Notes: generated by a model from the letters alone, not told the origin. DNA of 64,000 nucleotides from Octopus vulgaris (GCA_951406725.2 OX597818.1:13144001-13208000), one strand, 5' to 3'. Counted from the stretch's first letter, positions 37,707 to 53,848 are shown. Program-made: numbers and translations.

Positions 37707-38769
37707 CACACATACATACACATCCACTCTCTCATAAACTGACAGAATCATACATATATTTCGAAGATTAATTATATGCTTCATAATTTAAAGTATATGA
37801 TATTAATCACTGACACGTATAAATTTTAAAATTAAAGCATAGTATAATTCATGAAAACACATTATTTTTTAATACATGTGTGTGTGTGTGTGTGCGAGTA
37901 GGGAGGGGTATCTTTTTGAGCTGCATGCACAATCAAGGACAAGACCAACTTTTACAATCGAACGATCTCCATCGATGTCAGTTCAAAATCAAGATTATTT
38001 TAAACAAGGATCGATGATGTCAATTATTTTTCATGAATAATACAAGGAAACAAGTAAAAGGAAAAATTCGATTTGCATGATAATAAATGAAAATAAAATG
38101 AAGATAACTATTTGGCCATATAATTTCTGATGTGTCTGCTGACAGACGAGAGTAATGGAGAGGGATACATTGTCATTTGCCGTTCGAATGTAGACGAAAT
38201 GTTTCTGTCAAAAATGAAGCCATATTTTTACGATGTCGAAATTAATGAGGTAACCAGTGAGTAGCAACATCGTCACCACGAACGAAACATAAACATCGGA
38301 AGTGCTCAATTCAAAAATAACGCTTGAAGTCCTTTGTCATTGAAACGGATTGTTTCAGCTTGAATGTGTTTTACGTGATCAGGCAATCAATAAATACTTT
38401 TAATTGACCTATTCAGGCGATTACTAAAGGTTCTACCAAAGAAGAGGACTGAAGTATGGACACGCAAGTCACCTTCATGCCTACGATTTATTTTGCAAGC
38501 AAGCCGCTTTATCTATATATAGTAAATTGGAACCTGTGCCAGTTCAACATCTATCAATGAAATTCAGTCAAAGAAGGCGATAAGTGTCGATCCCATACTG
38601 GGAATATCTTTTGAAATGGATGCAACACAATTCATTATGCATGCCGTGTTATATACAGGAAATTTGATATATATACACTAAAAAACAGATACAAATACAC
38701 GCACACACACACACACACACACACATGCCCCCCCCCAGTAAACAAACGTAAACAGACAATATGAAAAGA

Positions 38770-39652
38770 AAGACTAATTAGTATAGACTATTGTATAAGG
38801 ATTGAAATGAGAACGTTTGCCGAATATTTGATAAAGACTGATGAAGACCTGCTGCAATATGCCGCGAAAGATATGAGTGTAAATGCAGATGAAGTGATGT
38901 ACAGGGAAGAGTTTAACCATAGATCTGAGAAGAAGAGAAAAGAAGACCTTGAAATAAGAATGCATGGATAGTTTGACAGGAATACACAGGACGTTAAGGA
39001 TAATAGAGCATCGTGGACATTACTTGAGTGAGGTGATTTGAAACGTAACACTGAAAACCTGATATTTGCTGCACAAGACCAGGCTCTCGCTACCAATTCA
39101 GTGAAGTATAGCATAGAAATGCAGACTCTGTGGAAAGAGAGAGGAAATGTGACCCACTTGGTAAGTGGATGTGAGAGCCTTGCGCAAAAAAGAAGATAAA
39201 ACGCCGCCACGGTAAATTGTGTGTATACCCCCCTTGGCTCTTATGCCGTAAATACCAATATGAAGTAACAGAGAACTGGTATGAGCATGTATCAAATGAT
39301 TCTCTGGGACTACTGACAAATCAATGATGTACCCATACCAAATGACATGAATGTTGGGAGTAAAGAAGTTGAAAAATTCACCAAGTACTCCCAATTGAAA
39401 GTGGAAATAGTAAGACTGTATGGAATGCGAGAGGATAATGCAAAAGTGATACCAGTGGTGATCGGAGCGTTGGGCTCAATTCCATTGAAACTTCAAAACT
39501 TTCTAAGGCAACAGGAAATCCTATGCAAGATTGGTGTCTTGCAAAAAGCAGCCTTATAGAACACAGCGAACATCATAAAGAAAGTATGATCTGTTGTGAT
39601 GACACATAACTGAAGACTCCGGTGCATTTTCATCTACACTGTGTTAGGAAGG
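38770..39652 (+). mobile_element. R4/Dong LINE 3' fragment
   Basis: MHG*FDR, ENLIFAAQDQAL, HLVSGCESLAQK, EKFTKYSQLKVEI..VIPVVIGALG..LQKAAL; (AAT)n tail. Confidence 0.88.
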
Positions 39653-41468
<1,816 letters not shown>

Positions 41469-42399
41469 TACGTATGTTTGTGTGTGAGTGTGTGTATGTG
41501 TGTGTATTATATGCGAGTTTGTATGAGCGAGAAGCTATGTATGTATAGTAAAGTATAAGCAGCGTACAATTGCTGAAGTCTAATTTACTGTTTGGAACGT
41601 CCAACCTCTTGATACCAATCTTCTGATTTAAGAGAATTACAATTCCGCAGAATAAAAGTCTGCTATAAAAATTGCACAACTCGAATATATAAATGAAAGG
41701 ATGATAAAAGATGGACACACTTTTATCATGTGACAATATATGGCACATCGGTTATATTTATAAAAGACGTTCTAAATATTCGTAGATAAATAGAGTTGAA
41801 GAAGTTTTTACTTTGCCAATTACAATCTATGAAATTTGGCACGAATTAAGTGAAATTGTAACATTACTATTTGCTGGATTGCACTCCGAAACAGACTTTA
41901 CATTTATAAATGCAGACGGCCTTAACCAATTACATATCTCTTAAATTCCCTGATGATATGATGCCTGGATTTCGTAGACGCGCAGCAGTTATGTAATATG
42001 GGGAAGCACAGAAGAAATGAAATTGAAATTCCAATGCTGTTATTTTCATTTTTTTTTCAACTGTGTATGTATTATGGCCAAAACCGCTGCAAATACAATT
42101 CAGCGCAGTTACTATAGTTCTAACAAAGAATTTTTAAGTGCAAAAAGTTACATTACGTTTCAAAGTATTACTCGTGCATACACGCAGATTATATACTTGC
42201 ATTCACACATATATGCTCACAGATACAAATATTGGCGTATGCATATATCTATGTATAAAAGCAATTATGCGGATGAATATATTAGACTGGTCAAATATAT
42301 TTAATATATCAAATGTGAAATAGAAAATATGAATAAATGTATACATGCAAAACTTTCAGATGTGAATTTTTATGCATAAATATATAGATATTTATATTA

Positions 42400-44480
42400 A
42401 TAAGTCCAGCTTACACAGAGTACAAACAACACAGTAAATTAAGGGGGTAGAAGAAATGTGTTATAAGTTTAACAGCTGTTTCCGGGGGATCGGCGACCCA
42501 TTATAAGGTAGATTTAGTATATCACAATATCCTGCGTATAGATGGAGTTAACAGTGGATGAAACGAGCCTCCACCATCAGGGTAGAGAAGATCTTACATT
42601 TCAGATTTTAATCCAGGCATGTTCAAAGATGGAATGATTAAATGTTGAGAGCTAGATGTATTAGAGGGGGGGACTGGGGGGTTTAATACAGAGAATGGTA
42701 AGAAGAAAAATCATAGTTCAAGAAGAGTGAGGGTTCCAAGGACTACAAGGCCAGTCTTTGGAAGCTGCAATTAGTTATATTGCACCCTTACTTAAGCCCT
42801 CTACTGCCATAATACAACGCTCATTAGCCCCACTCTAGTAAATAACATACTCGAGGCATCTACCCACAATATTACCCATATGACCACATACACTGGCAGC
42901 GATACTCTCCATCCAATACTGATATTGATTGTACTTCCAGTACTTCTTCACTAATAACAGACTACTGGAATTCGACCATCCCAGCAGTGAGCCCCAACCG
43001 CAAACTTCAACCGCTGAGCAGGAAGGAGAGCTTGCATTTGTCAGCTTTGTCATCTCTGCCCTGTTGGAGGTTTCTGCCTGCCTAAAAATGTAATCTACAA
43101 GTGCCATATTATAAAACCACGCTCTCAGTAAGCCAGGGTCTAATTCAGCGGCACTACCAATTCTAAGCGCTGCTAACGTGCACTCACAAACACTTTGTTC
43201 AATCCAAATGCTAAATTATCTACCTCCTTAGCAAGTTATATTCACAATCTCAAATCACAAAATATTCCCTATACTCTATCCCAGTCAATCGTAATTGAGG
43301 CTTCCCCCTATAACGCAAACATCGGTATGTGTAAATTATACTTAATCATCCTTCACTACCACAACCCCTGACTACTTAATAGATTCTCATATGTATTACT
43401 GTCTTGTAAATGCGTTCTGCTCCTAATTTGCCTGTTTTATTAAATCTATGTAATCCCATAAATATAAGTATCCTTAACTAAAATTATCCTTGAGGTATGA
43501 TAAAGTCGCTTCAACTTATATCGTCCTTCTTTCAAACTATTCTTTCTCATTTATTACCTTTGCAAATCCCTCCAAACCACTATATCCAATCTCCTTCATA
43601 GCCTTCCCAACATCACAAATGGAATTCTTTCTCTTCTCTCATTTCTCCTCTTCAATCAAAAAGCACGTAATACTTCTCCACTCATTTGGATACTAACCTG
43701 TCAATCCCTCCACCTCTCTATTTCCCTCTATACAATTTCATACACCTCTGCGTAACTAAGTACTCCCCTTTCAATACCAATCCACATTCTACATTCTACT
43801 AGCTATTGCTATCTTGACCACCAACGTAGCCTTCAAGCCACCTCCTCAATCTTCTTTCATACCTTTCTACATACCTTAGTAATCTTCCTGACGCTTTTCT
43901 TCTCTCAAATAATTGCCATTCATTTTCTCACTGTTTCAGCTTCTAATAATTCTATAGCTATTATCCCTAAACTTTAACAAATTCAACACAATAGACTAAC
44001 ATTCAATTACTATCTACACTATCCTCCTATACACCTTCCTACTCTCCACCTCTCTACTACTACTTCCCTTAGTGCAGTCATTATTAACCCTTACTCTTGT
44101 AGAATTATCTTTTCTCCTCTCACCATTCCCGGTCTTAACACCCCCAGTTCCCTCTCTAATACAGCTAGCTCTTCACATTTAATCATTAATTTTAAATAGA
44201 GATATTCGGCGTATATAAACTCATTTATATACGCTAAACATATACACCCTAGCCAAACATATACACCATATAATAAAAAGAAAGGTACCACATAGGATGT
44301 CATGTACGATATAGATTCTGAGGTCCCATACAAAGGTACTACAATCCACTTCTGGACTATGCGTAAAAGAAACCTTCCAAATATCAATACATAATTCACC
44401 ACAATTACTAAATAAGCAACATGGAACTTTTCTACTTTTTGTCATAGGATCTATCTCACCTTTAAAATTCTTCCATAGAT
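42400..44480. mobile_element. Composite of PLE fragments in both orientations
   Basis: Plus 43050-43420: PVGGFCLPKNVIYKCH..STSLASYIHNLK..ASPY..CKL (GIY-YIG); minus GAAACAGCTGTT HHR half at ~42470; minus linker-like FGRFLLRIVQK at ~44350. Confidence 0.6.
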
Positions 44481-44899
44481 CCGAATGCAAAGAAAATCAA
44501 CACGCATAACACATCCATCCCTGGTCGTTACAATATGTATATACATACATGTATGCATGCATGTATGTATGTATGTATGTATGTATGTATCTATGTATGT
44601 ATGTATGTATGTATGTATGTATGTATGTATGCGTGTATGTATGTATGTATCTATCTATCTATCTATCTATATATATATATATAGTGAGAATTTACAAAAA
44701 AAACCAGTCGAAGACGGGTGTGTAAACAACAAACAGGTTTTATTTTGTGTGTGTATGTGTGTATATATATATATATATATATGGGGGGGAGGTGTATATG
44801 TGCGCTTATGAGTATGGATATGTGTTTGTGTATGTATATGTATTTATGTTTATATATAATGTGTGTGCGTGTGTACGCTTTCTTCCTTTTTCTCTACTT

Positions 44900-45317
44900 C
44901 TCTATAATCATAATTATCTTAGAAGTTAGCTAGTTTCAATTAATAATTTTTAGTTTTTGTTGTATATTAGGTTTTATTTTTCTTAGATTGTAATTCTAGG
45001 TATTCATTTTTCATTTTAAATTTTAAGTTTGAACTTTAATCCTTAATCGTTTGTCTCGTATTATTCAATTGCTATTAAACTTGAAAAATAGTTCTAAATA
45101 TCCGTACTAACCACTATACAACTGTTATTTGCTACCTTACCTAGATTTGCCCAACACTCCCACTTTACGGAAACCTTAATTTTTGACTTCTCACACCGAT
45201 GCAATATCATTAACTTTACTTTAATTTTTACTTTTATTCTTATTTTACTCTTTCACCCTTATTTAATTTTAATTTATATTCTTTTCTCTTTTCTCTTTCT
45301 CTCCCCATGCCTGTCTG

Positions 45318-45352
<35 letters not shown>

Positions 45353-46015
45353 AGAAGCACATTTATCCCTATCATTACATATACTTATTGTTATTTTTAC
45401 CCCTTTACTTGTATCTTATTTTCTTTCCTTTCTCCTCCCGTCTCTCTCTTCTCTTCGCTCTCCTATATACGCCCACTCACAAAAGCCAGTTATGTCTATC
45501 TTACTTCCTCGCTCTAGATACACATTTACAAAATCTATACATCATTCAAAATACTGCCAAAATATGCCACCTGGATTTACTTAGGCTTGTAACTAAGGAC
45601 CTGTACCTCCGTGTAAATACTGACCAACATCCATAGCCTCTGGAAAAAGATGAGTTGTGAACATTATTCTCCTGAATAAAGAGTAAAGCTTCTACCTAGC
45701 TTTACTTTTATTCTTCTATTTACTCCTTTACTCTTTTATTTTCTTACTTATAAATTGTAAATTTTCCCTGTCTAAAATATGCATACCATGTCTCTGATGA
45801 CGGAATAACCAGTGCGTAGACATAATAAACTACCGCTTGGGCTATCGTTGAAACGGCAGTAATTTACCCTGATTAGATTATTCTAAATGACTTGAGATAC
45901 ACGTTCTGCCTTGATTTTGATTTTTCCTCTAATATAATATATACGGATCCCTAAATCGAGCCTTAGTTGTGATCTTGGAACTTAACGGACGACCACAGCG
46001 TACCTATTCATTTAG
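44900..46015 (+). mobile_element. PLE 3'/pLTR region
   Basis: T/C-rich tract with HHR at 45791; boundaries uncertain. Confidence 0.45.
45791..45864 (+). ncRNA. Hammerhead motif, partly degenerate
   Basis: CTGATGA(45794-45800)-long imperfect stem II-GAAAC-GGCA-GTA; stem I mismatched. Confidence 0.5.
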
Positions 46016-46099
46016 ATCACAAGTAAGCTAAACCTCTTGTACACACACACACACAGACTATCTCTCTCCTTATATACATACATACACACATATATACAT

Positions 46100-46193
<94 letters not shown>

Positions 46194-46301
46194 ATGGATG
46201 TATGTATACATGGTTATCTATTTATCTATCTATATATCTATCAGTCTATCTATTTATACATACAGAGAGAAAGAGAGAAAGGAGGAGAGAGAGAATGCGA
46301 T

Positions 46302-46342
<41 letters not shown>

Positions 46343-47161
46343 TGGGTGCGTGTGTAGATATTGTGATCTTTGTGATTGGACATTATCAGGTCACAAACAC
46401 GAGTTCGACTAAAGGTCGAGAATCTGATGTATTAAGATGAATCCGATAAAAAATATCTACCCATTCCAAATGAGCAAAAGAAGAAATGTAGGTCAGCAAG
46501 ACAAATACAAGATGATGGAAACCAACACCATATAGCGAGATGTCCATGCAGCAGAAACACATATTCGGCAGAAGTTTAAGGGTATATAGTATGTAAATGA
46601 CGGTAACAAAACTGAGTAGTTGTATAATTCTCCTTATCTATTTCGTCTTCGGTATACACTCAGTAGACTGCTTATAATCCAACGAGGGAACCAAGGAACT
46701 ACCATCGGGTAAAATACATTAGGATTGTTTAATTTAAAGAGTCTTAGGTTATTCTGTCTTATTCGATGTGGTTAGCTACGACGTTGATTATATTTGAATT
46801 CTTTAACTGTACCTACTTGAATATGTTATGCCTACACACACACGGGCATGTACATACATACACAAACACACAAACATATATATATACATTCTGCACACAC
46901 ATACGCACAATTATCGTTATATATTTAGAAAAGTGATTCAAATTACAAAAGATAGCTATCTTACACTTAACAAATGTCTCTCACATCTGATCTACCAATC
47001 GCATAAAAAAAACGAATTATAATTAGAAATTTGCCTTGTAGGGGCGTGAGAGTAAGAAAACCATCAATTAATATTCCGGCTAAACAAGGAATATTCATAA
47101 AATTGCAAATTAATTTGAGATATATATCCTCATGAATTCCCTTGCCTTTCCCATCTTGTTC

Positions 47162-47226
<65 letters not shown>

Positions 47227-47397
47227 GAGATATATATATGTATGTATATAAATATATGTAAGTATGTATGTATGTATGAATGTATGTATATATATTTATT
47301 TATCTATATGTATATGTGTATATATATACATACATATATACATACGCATATGCGTATATATACATGTATATAAATTTTGTATATATATATGTATATA

Positions 47398-47459
<62 letters not shown>

Positions 47460-47758
47460 TACGAACATACACATACACACACATACACAAACACACAAAA
47501 TCATCTCAATGTGAGGAAAGGATGAAGACTTTATATTAATGCGTAACATCGCAGACAAACAAAGACTGTTTCTTACCAACATTAGTGAAGTAGTTAGGTG
47601 CCTTCGGTCAGCAGATCCGACATCTATATTGTTAAGAGTAATAAATGGTCGGCGTGAAACCAATGACCACATATATACATTATATATATATATATATATA
47701 TATATAGACATACATACATATATATTTATGTGTGTATGCATATATATTTGTATATATA

Positions 47759-48030
47759 ATATGTGACAATGTTTCGGTAGCCATGATAAAACTCCGAGCT
47801 TCGGATGTTGCAGCAGAAACCCACGACAGTTATCGGGCTACAGCATTTTGTCGATGGCCCAATAACCAAAGAGATGCCGGCATGGTTTTCCGCTTCGACA
47901 TCCGAAACTCGGAGCTTTAGTATGGCTACCGAATAATTGCCACATATTATACTTACAGATAAATTCCTCTATTTACATAATACTTGAGGTCTCTATCATT
48001 ATTTTGTTGTCATGCTATTTCTATCAATAT
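47759..48030. mobile_element. PLE-derived fold-back (47759-47947) plus pLTR tail ending at (TA)n
   Basis: ttcggtagccat..ctccgagcttcggatgt / acatccgaaactcggag..atggctaccgaa inverted arms. Confidence 0.7.
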
Positions 48031-48042
48031 ATATTTATATAT

Positions 48043-48114
<72 letters not shown>

Positions 48115-48117
<3 letters not shown>

Positions 48118-48300
48118 AGTCAACAACAAAAAAATAAAAGCTGAAGACTATTGAAGGAGCAAAAAGCAGGTGTACTGGTATTGGTTTAACAGTATTTGAC
48201 GTTTTCAGCCTACGCTCTTCGACAGAAGGGATTGAGAGGGGATAAAACAGAAGGAGTAAAACTGTTTAGGGATAAAGTGCTTAAGATGATGTAAGTCATA
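48115..48300 (-). mobile_element. Neptune-type PLE terminus with variant HHR (48195-48229), abutting (TA)n
   Basis: Sense CCTT-CTGTCGA-A-GAGC-GTAG-GCT-GAAAAC-GTC-AAA. Confidence 0.65.
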
Positions 48301-49098
48301 AATATATATACGGGACATGATTTATTTCGCGCAATTTTATATTTTTTTCCTTGACTCTTACGTTATGATTAAGAGAGTTGTTATAAGAATGAGCTTAGAA
48401 GTATTACAACCATTGAGGATCTATGTATACACATCCATATATGTGTGTGTGTGTGTGTATGTATGTGCCCGTGCGAGTGTGTGTGTGTGTACGTGCAAAT
48501 TTGTGTGAGCATATGTGTGTACGTGTGTGTTTGTGTGTGTGCGTGCGTGTATGCATTGGAGTCGTATTGTTCCGCTTCATTTTGTTTTTATCTCTCTCCG
48601 TATGTCTATGTTGAGAAAGGTTTGAAAAAGTGCGGGTGGGACACAGGAAAACATATGACATCATAGTTGAAAGTGTGTCGTGACAGGTAAATGAATGATG
48701 CGATAGAAGCCGCACAGTGATTCACAATCAACAGTTATTCTTCAAATCAAAGCCGTTCAATCTATAACTGAGTAGAGAATTTGTTTACATAATATAGTGG
48801 ATAACGAAAGAGTAAATTCCGAGGAAGTTGTATAAGCTAAACAAACAAAAAAATAAGACAGTAATAAGAGCTGTCATAAAAATATTACTTAGATCAGATA
48901 TATTATCCAGGTAATATATCAGAGGATCGTACTGAACCAAACTGTTGACAGAATGTCATAACTTAAAGTTAAAAGCGAATGCAAAGATATAAAGGGGAAA
49001 CAAACAAAAAGTAGATATAAACTTTAATATTATGGGAATGTACATCTTCACGCGAAGATAAACCATACAGTCATGTCAACACACATGATTATACAAAA

Positions 49099-49133
<35 letters not shown>

Positions 49134-49616
49134 TATATATGTCCGTCTGGTAGTGCACTTAAAAATACTTGTATTTAAATATATTCCTAGCTCATGTATG
49201 CTATTATTCAGCTATATTTCATATTGCTTTGCTATTAGAGAAAGACCAAGTTTGTAACCCAGATCCAAGCTTTCTTCAATGAAATTTAAATAACATCAAC
49301 AGGGTATTTGTGCATGTACATATATGTGTATGTGCAACTTTGGACTCTGCGCATGTGCAGACTCGTAAGTTTTGTTCTATGTATGCATTCTCATTCATAT
49401 AGTTGCATGTCAACCGTATACATAAATGCTAAACTGGAAAGTTTTGCAAATTTTATAGTACCATTGACTGCTTTAGTCTGTAAACTTCAAATTGGTTTTC
49501 TCCTTTCTGGTTTTGAGAAAGGTAATTCTTAAGACCAGTGATTTCTCAAGATCGGCAGTTTGCTACATATCACACAATCTCCATTATTACAGGTGTAAAC
49601 CTGAACTTGCAATCAG

Positions 49617-49664
<48 letters not shown>

Positions 49665-49665
<1 letters not shown>

Positions 49666-50920
49666 TTGCGTAAGTTGAAGAGTCTGCCACGAATCCTCAA
49701 TCTGATCTTGATGCCGGTTTCGTCGTCACTACAGAAAGCAACCGACAATGTGGCTGAGAACATCATGTTGAACAGCATAGGTACGAATTCACACGCAGTT
49801 TCACTCTGTTACTGACTGGAAATGCGTCGAAATAATCCTCATTGCCCAGGATTCAAGCGAGTAAGCCGACGTGGAACAGTTGAACCATACTGATGAATTT
49901 GTCTGGGCAGCCGAGTTTCCTTATGATAATCCCAAACCCCTCGGAAATGACGCCTTGGTTAGGTCTCCAAACGTTGAGTATAGGTACCTGTTCTTATGTC
50001 AACACATCCTAAAATGGACGAGCGGCACAAATCCTGAAGAATATTTCATATTCCTCTCTGCAGCCTCACTGACTTTCTAGCAGATGTTAATCTTCCATGT
50101 CCTAAGAGGATACATGCCAAGACCAATGTGGTAGATGGCTCTCTGTTTGGAGACCACTTGGCGCTCAGTACCGTCATAAAAATCCATGATGCAGTAGAGC
50201 AGTAACTGATTTTCCAGTGCTCGGAAAAATGTGGTCGCACAATCAGTACATTGAAGGCAGTGGTCATCTACCAACGTACCCCCACAGAAGACTTATAGCA
50301 AACCAGCTACCTCTGTAGCACACTCTCCTGATCTGTGAACGTCGACCCTGAAGTCGACACACTCATTGCCATTGGAAACTCAACATCCGAGTGGGTACGT
50401 AAGTTAATGTTGCAGAGTAGAGCCACAGCACACCAAAAGCTAAACCGCTTCCACATGAATATCTTGGGCAGGATTTCGCAAAACAAGAGAAGGTCCCAGA
50501 CACGGGGCTGGTCTGCCAAACGTTTATCCACTGCTAAAGAGAGTGCGCAGACATCTTCTCGAATGCGTCACACACAACTCCCTAAGAGGCTGTTTTACAG
50601 CAAATTAATAGAAGGGAAATACACAGTAAGTGGACAGCAAAAAGGATTCAATTATACAATCAAATTCTCACTGAAGAGGTTCGAGATCATTCTCGATACC
50701 TGGGAAGCGCAACTGCACGACCACTCTGTCTGGCGAACCTGCGCCTAGCGAGGTTTTACCCCCCCCCCCAATATAGATTGCAGAGGCACAAGGAATACGT
50801 GATCTGCGTAAGTCCAGAGCCTTTCGAGTACGCATTGGTCTCAACGGTTTTCGGATACACAGTGCTCCGTGTTCTCGCTTGTGATATTATTGGTAATCGT
50901 CGACAAGGACAGACGAACTA
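49665..50920. mobile_element. RTE (BovB-like) LINE with inverted 5' part (49665-50080 minus; 50080-50920 plus)
   Basis: Minus: ESQ*GCR..DLTKA..GCPDKFISMV..LFNMMFSA..GRLFNLR; plus: HAKTNV..LFGD..PKRLFYSKLIEG..W; 3' end DRRT. Confidence 0.87.
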
Positions 50921-52218
50921 ATATATGCAAGAATGTATGTAAATGCATACATACATACATACACATACATACACACATACATACAAACATATTTATATCT
51001 ACACACGCACACACACACATATATATATATATATATGTATGTATACGTATGTATGTATCTATATATATGCACGTTTAAATAGGAATATATGAGGTAACTG
51101 CAGGTATGTATGTTATCAAAAATATATTGTTATTAGTATACACGTCTCTTCAAAAATGACAGCGTTTGAAATGCAATAAGGTAAGTAATAAATACATAGA
51201 TATATGCGTTCAGTATATTTGACATAGCCGCATATAGAAAGAACAGATAATTTTATATTTGAAATTAACTTGTTTAATTAGATCCAAAGATTAAAAAATC
51301 TAACAAATTTTGCGAAAATTGTTTTCGTATTTTATTGAGGTTAAAGCAATATAAATTCATTATTTGTTGAAGATCTCTCCTGTAATTAGATTGATAAATC
51401 AATGGTAGTCAAGGTTGTAAATAAATGACAACGATTTATATATATATGTCAAACTTTATTGACTTTTATGATGTATGAGTAGGAAAATTTCATTGATTCA
51501 TACATGAACGATGTTAATGACAAATTCTTAGCAAAATCTAGTGTCCTAAGCTTGTCGAAATCATGGCCTCTTCGTTACATCTGCATCTGAATTACGTGAG
51601 GAAAACTTTGTAAACAATTACTGTTAATGGATCAGTTATATATCCGAGTGTGTCTAGTGTGTAAGTATTATGTATGAAAAGTATGGACTTTCATATGTAT
51701 AAATCGTATTCAGAGTAGAACAGATATGAAGGAAGCATCAATACCACTTTTTTCTTGCATAGCGTATTTTCGTCTTACTTTCAAAATTTTCAGAGTTTGA
51801 ATTGTATATTTATATGTTGACAACTGTGTTTACGTGAATATTTATGGAAGTAATTATGTTATTGTGTGTGTCTTTCAGATTTGAAGCCAACCTGTTGTAA
51901 TAGAGACCCATGATAGTAGCGCTAACTCAACAGAAATCCTACTTTTCCGAAATACATATTTACGTTAAATAATATATTTTAGTGTGTCAGTTAATGAGTA
52001 AGAGTTTCTGTGCCTGGCCGGCTGCTTGTATTTTATATGGCGATATGAATTTTGTAAACTGATGTAACTTCAGTTCCACTACACTTACGACAAACATTAA
52101 ACCAACTCACTTAAGGCAGCTACAAATTTCACACTTCCCAAATATACCAATTGAATGGGCCGGAAAATAAGTAAATATATATATGTATAAAGATATATAT
52201 ATATATATAGACATATAG

Positions 52219-52307
<89 letters not shown>

Positions 52308-52794
52308 TGTATAAGTAATTTACCATCACAGTAATGTCATGAAAATTAAAGGAAATTACGACGTGCTCTTGCAGGAAAAAGAAAAGTGCTCTATGAACGT
52401 TTATCTAAATAAGTTTATTTATAACATTTTTCTCTACATATTCCATTTTAGCTCATATTTTTTATAAGGTTTTTCAACAACCGAAGCATGTAAAACAAAA
52501 ACATTTTTAAATGTATCATATAAAGAAATTGAATGCACCTAATTTAAATAAGTAACATTTTCGTTCTTCTTTTTATATATATATACATGTGTGTGTGTGT
52601 GTGTGCGTCTGTGTGCACGTAGCAGAATGTATATATATATGTAAGCGATTGGACCACTACGTGGACATCCATTATGCTAGTAGTAGATCATCTATAGTCT
52701 TACTACTAAGAACGGAATGTTCCCAAGAAAATTCAGTAAACGCCAGAACGTAAGCGAGCAAGACAAATGAGAAGAAACAAAATATAGATTAATC

Positions 52795-52860
52795 ACAAAA
52801 CAATTTCGTTATTACCAATTACGTAATTACTTACGTAATTGTCCGTAACTCATCAGTATA
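52795..52860 (-). ncRNA. Degenerate hammerhead motif
   Basis: Sense CTGATGA-GTTA..CAATTACGTAA-gtaa-TTACGTAATTG..TAAC-GAAA; stem III and cleavage triplet not recognisable. Confidence 0.4.
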
Positions 52861-53394
52861 ATCGTCTTTGCAAATATAAATCTTCAGATTTTAATATGCT
52901 AGACCACTGGTTTTAAATTGATATTAATCAAACTAAAATTTAGTTTCTCACCCTTATTATTTTAAATTATATATATCTATATATATATCAACTGGACATA
53001 AGTTGGTATATAGTATATATACACATACATATACACACATGGTATTTACAAATATATATATACACACATATACACATGCATCAAATCATGGTTGTGCGTA
53101 AATGTGTGAGTGGCTGAGGACATGCGTATGGGTTGTATATAAGAGCTTCGGTGCTAAAATGATGCAAGATATTTAACAAAATATTGGGATAATTTTATAT
53201 GATATTTAGTGTGCAAGCAGTTAGAGTATCTGTACAAACTACTGATAAATACATGTATGAAGGCAATCATCCACATATACATTCCCGTATTTTTTTGCGA
53301 GATTCCTGATGTGAACTTGTGTGATGAAACATATATTGTTATGTTTGGGGATGGTCATAATCTTTGCCAGTTAATCAGACGCACTAAATAATTG

Positions 53395-53584
53395 TTCTTT
53401 ACTTCAGCTTTATTATCATTCTCACTTTAGTGTCCTTTGTCTGAAAGCTTTGTCATACACCTGTGACATCTTCAGCGATTCTCCGCCCCAGGTGTAGAGC
53501 CAAAGAAGACGTCGCAGAATGGGCGACGAAAGATTTCATTTATAGACACTAAAGTAAGAATAATAATAAAGCTGTAGTGAAGAA
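53395..53584. mobile_element. Fold-back made of two divergent HHR-bearing PLE-like termini
   Basis: 40-bp outer IR (cagctttattatcattctcactttagtgtc / gacactaaagtaagaataataataaagctg); inner arms carry TGAAGA-stem-(G)AAAGMTTTC. Confidence 0.75.
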
Positions 53585-53751
53585 CTAGTTTAAAGTGCGT
53601 GTGATTAATCGGCAAAACATTTGACTATTCACCGATATAACATCACACACGCATACATGCACACATATACATGTATACGTACGTATTATATAAGTAACAT
53701 ATGTATATATATATTTCTATATGTACACACTATGGCACTCCATGTCATATA

Positions 53752-53798
<47 letters not shown>

Positions 53799-53848
53799 AG
53801 GAATGTATATGGCTTTCTAAAGATAGTGATACAAATAGAAACAATGTG

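Noticed and set aside
38146-38250. Open + frame between cag and gag|gtaacc
   Set aside because: Weak pyrimidine tract and no homology recognised
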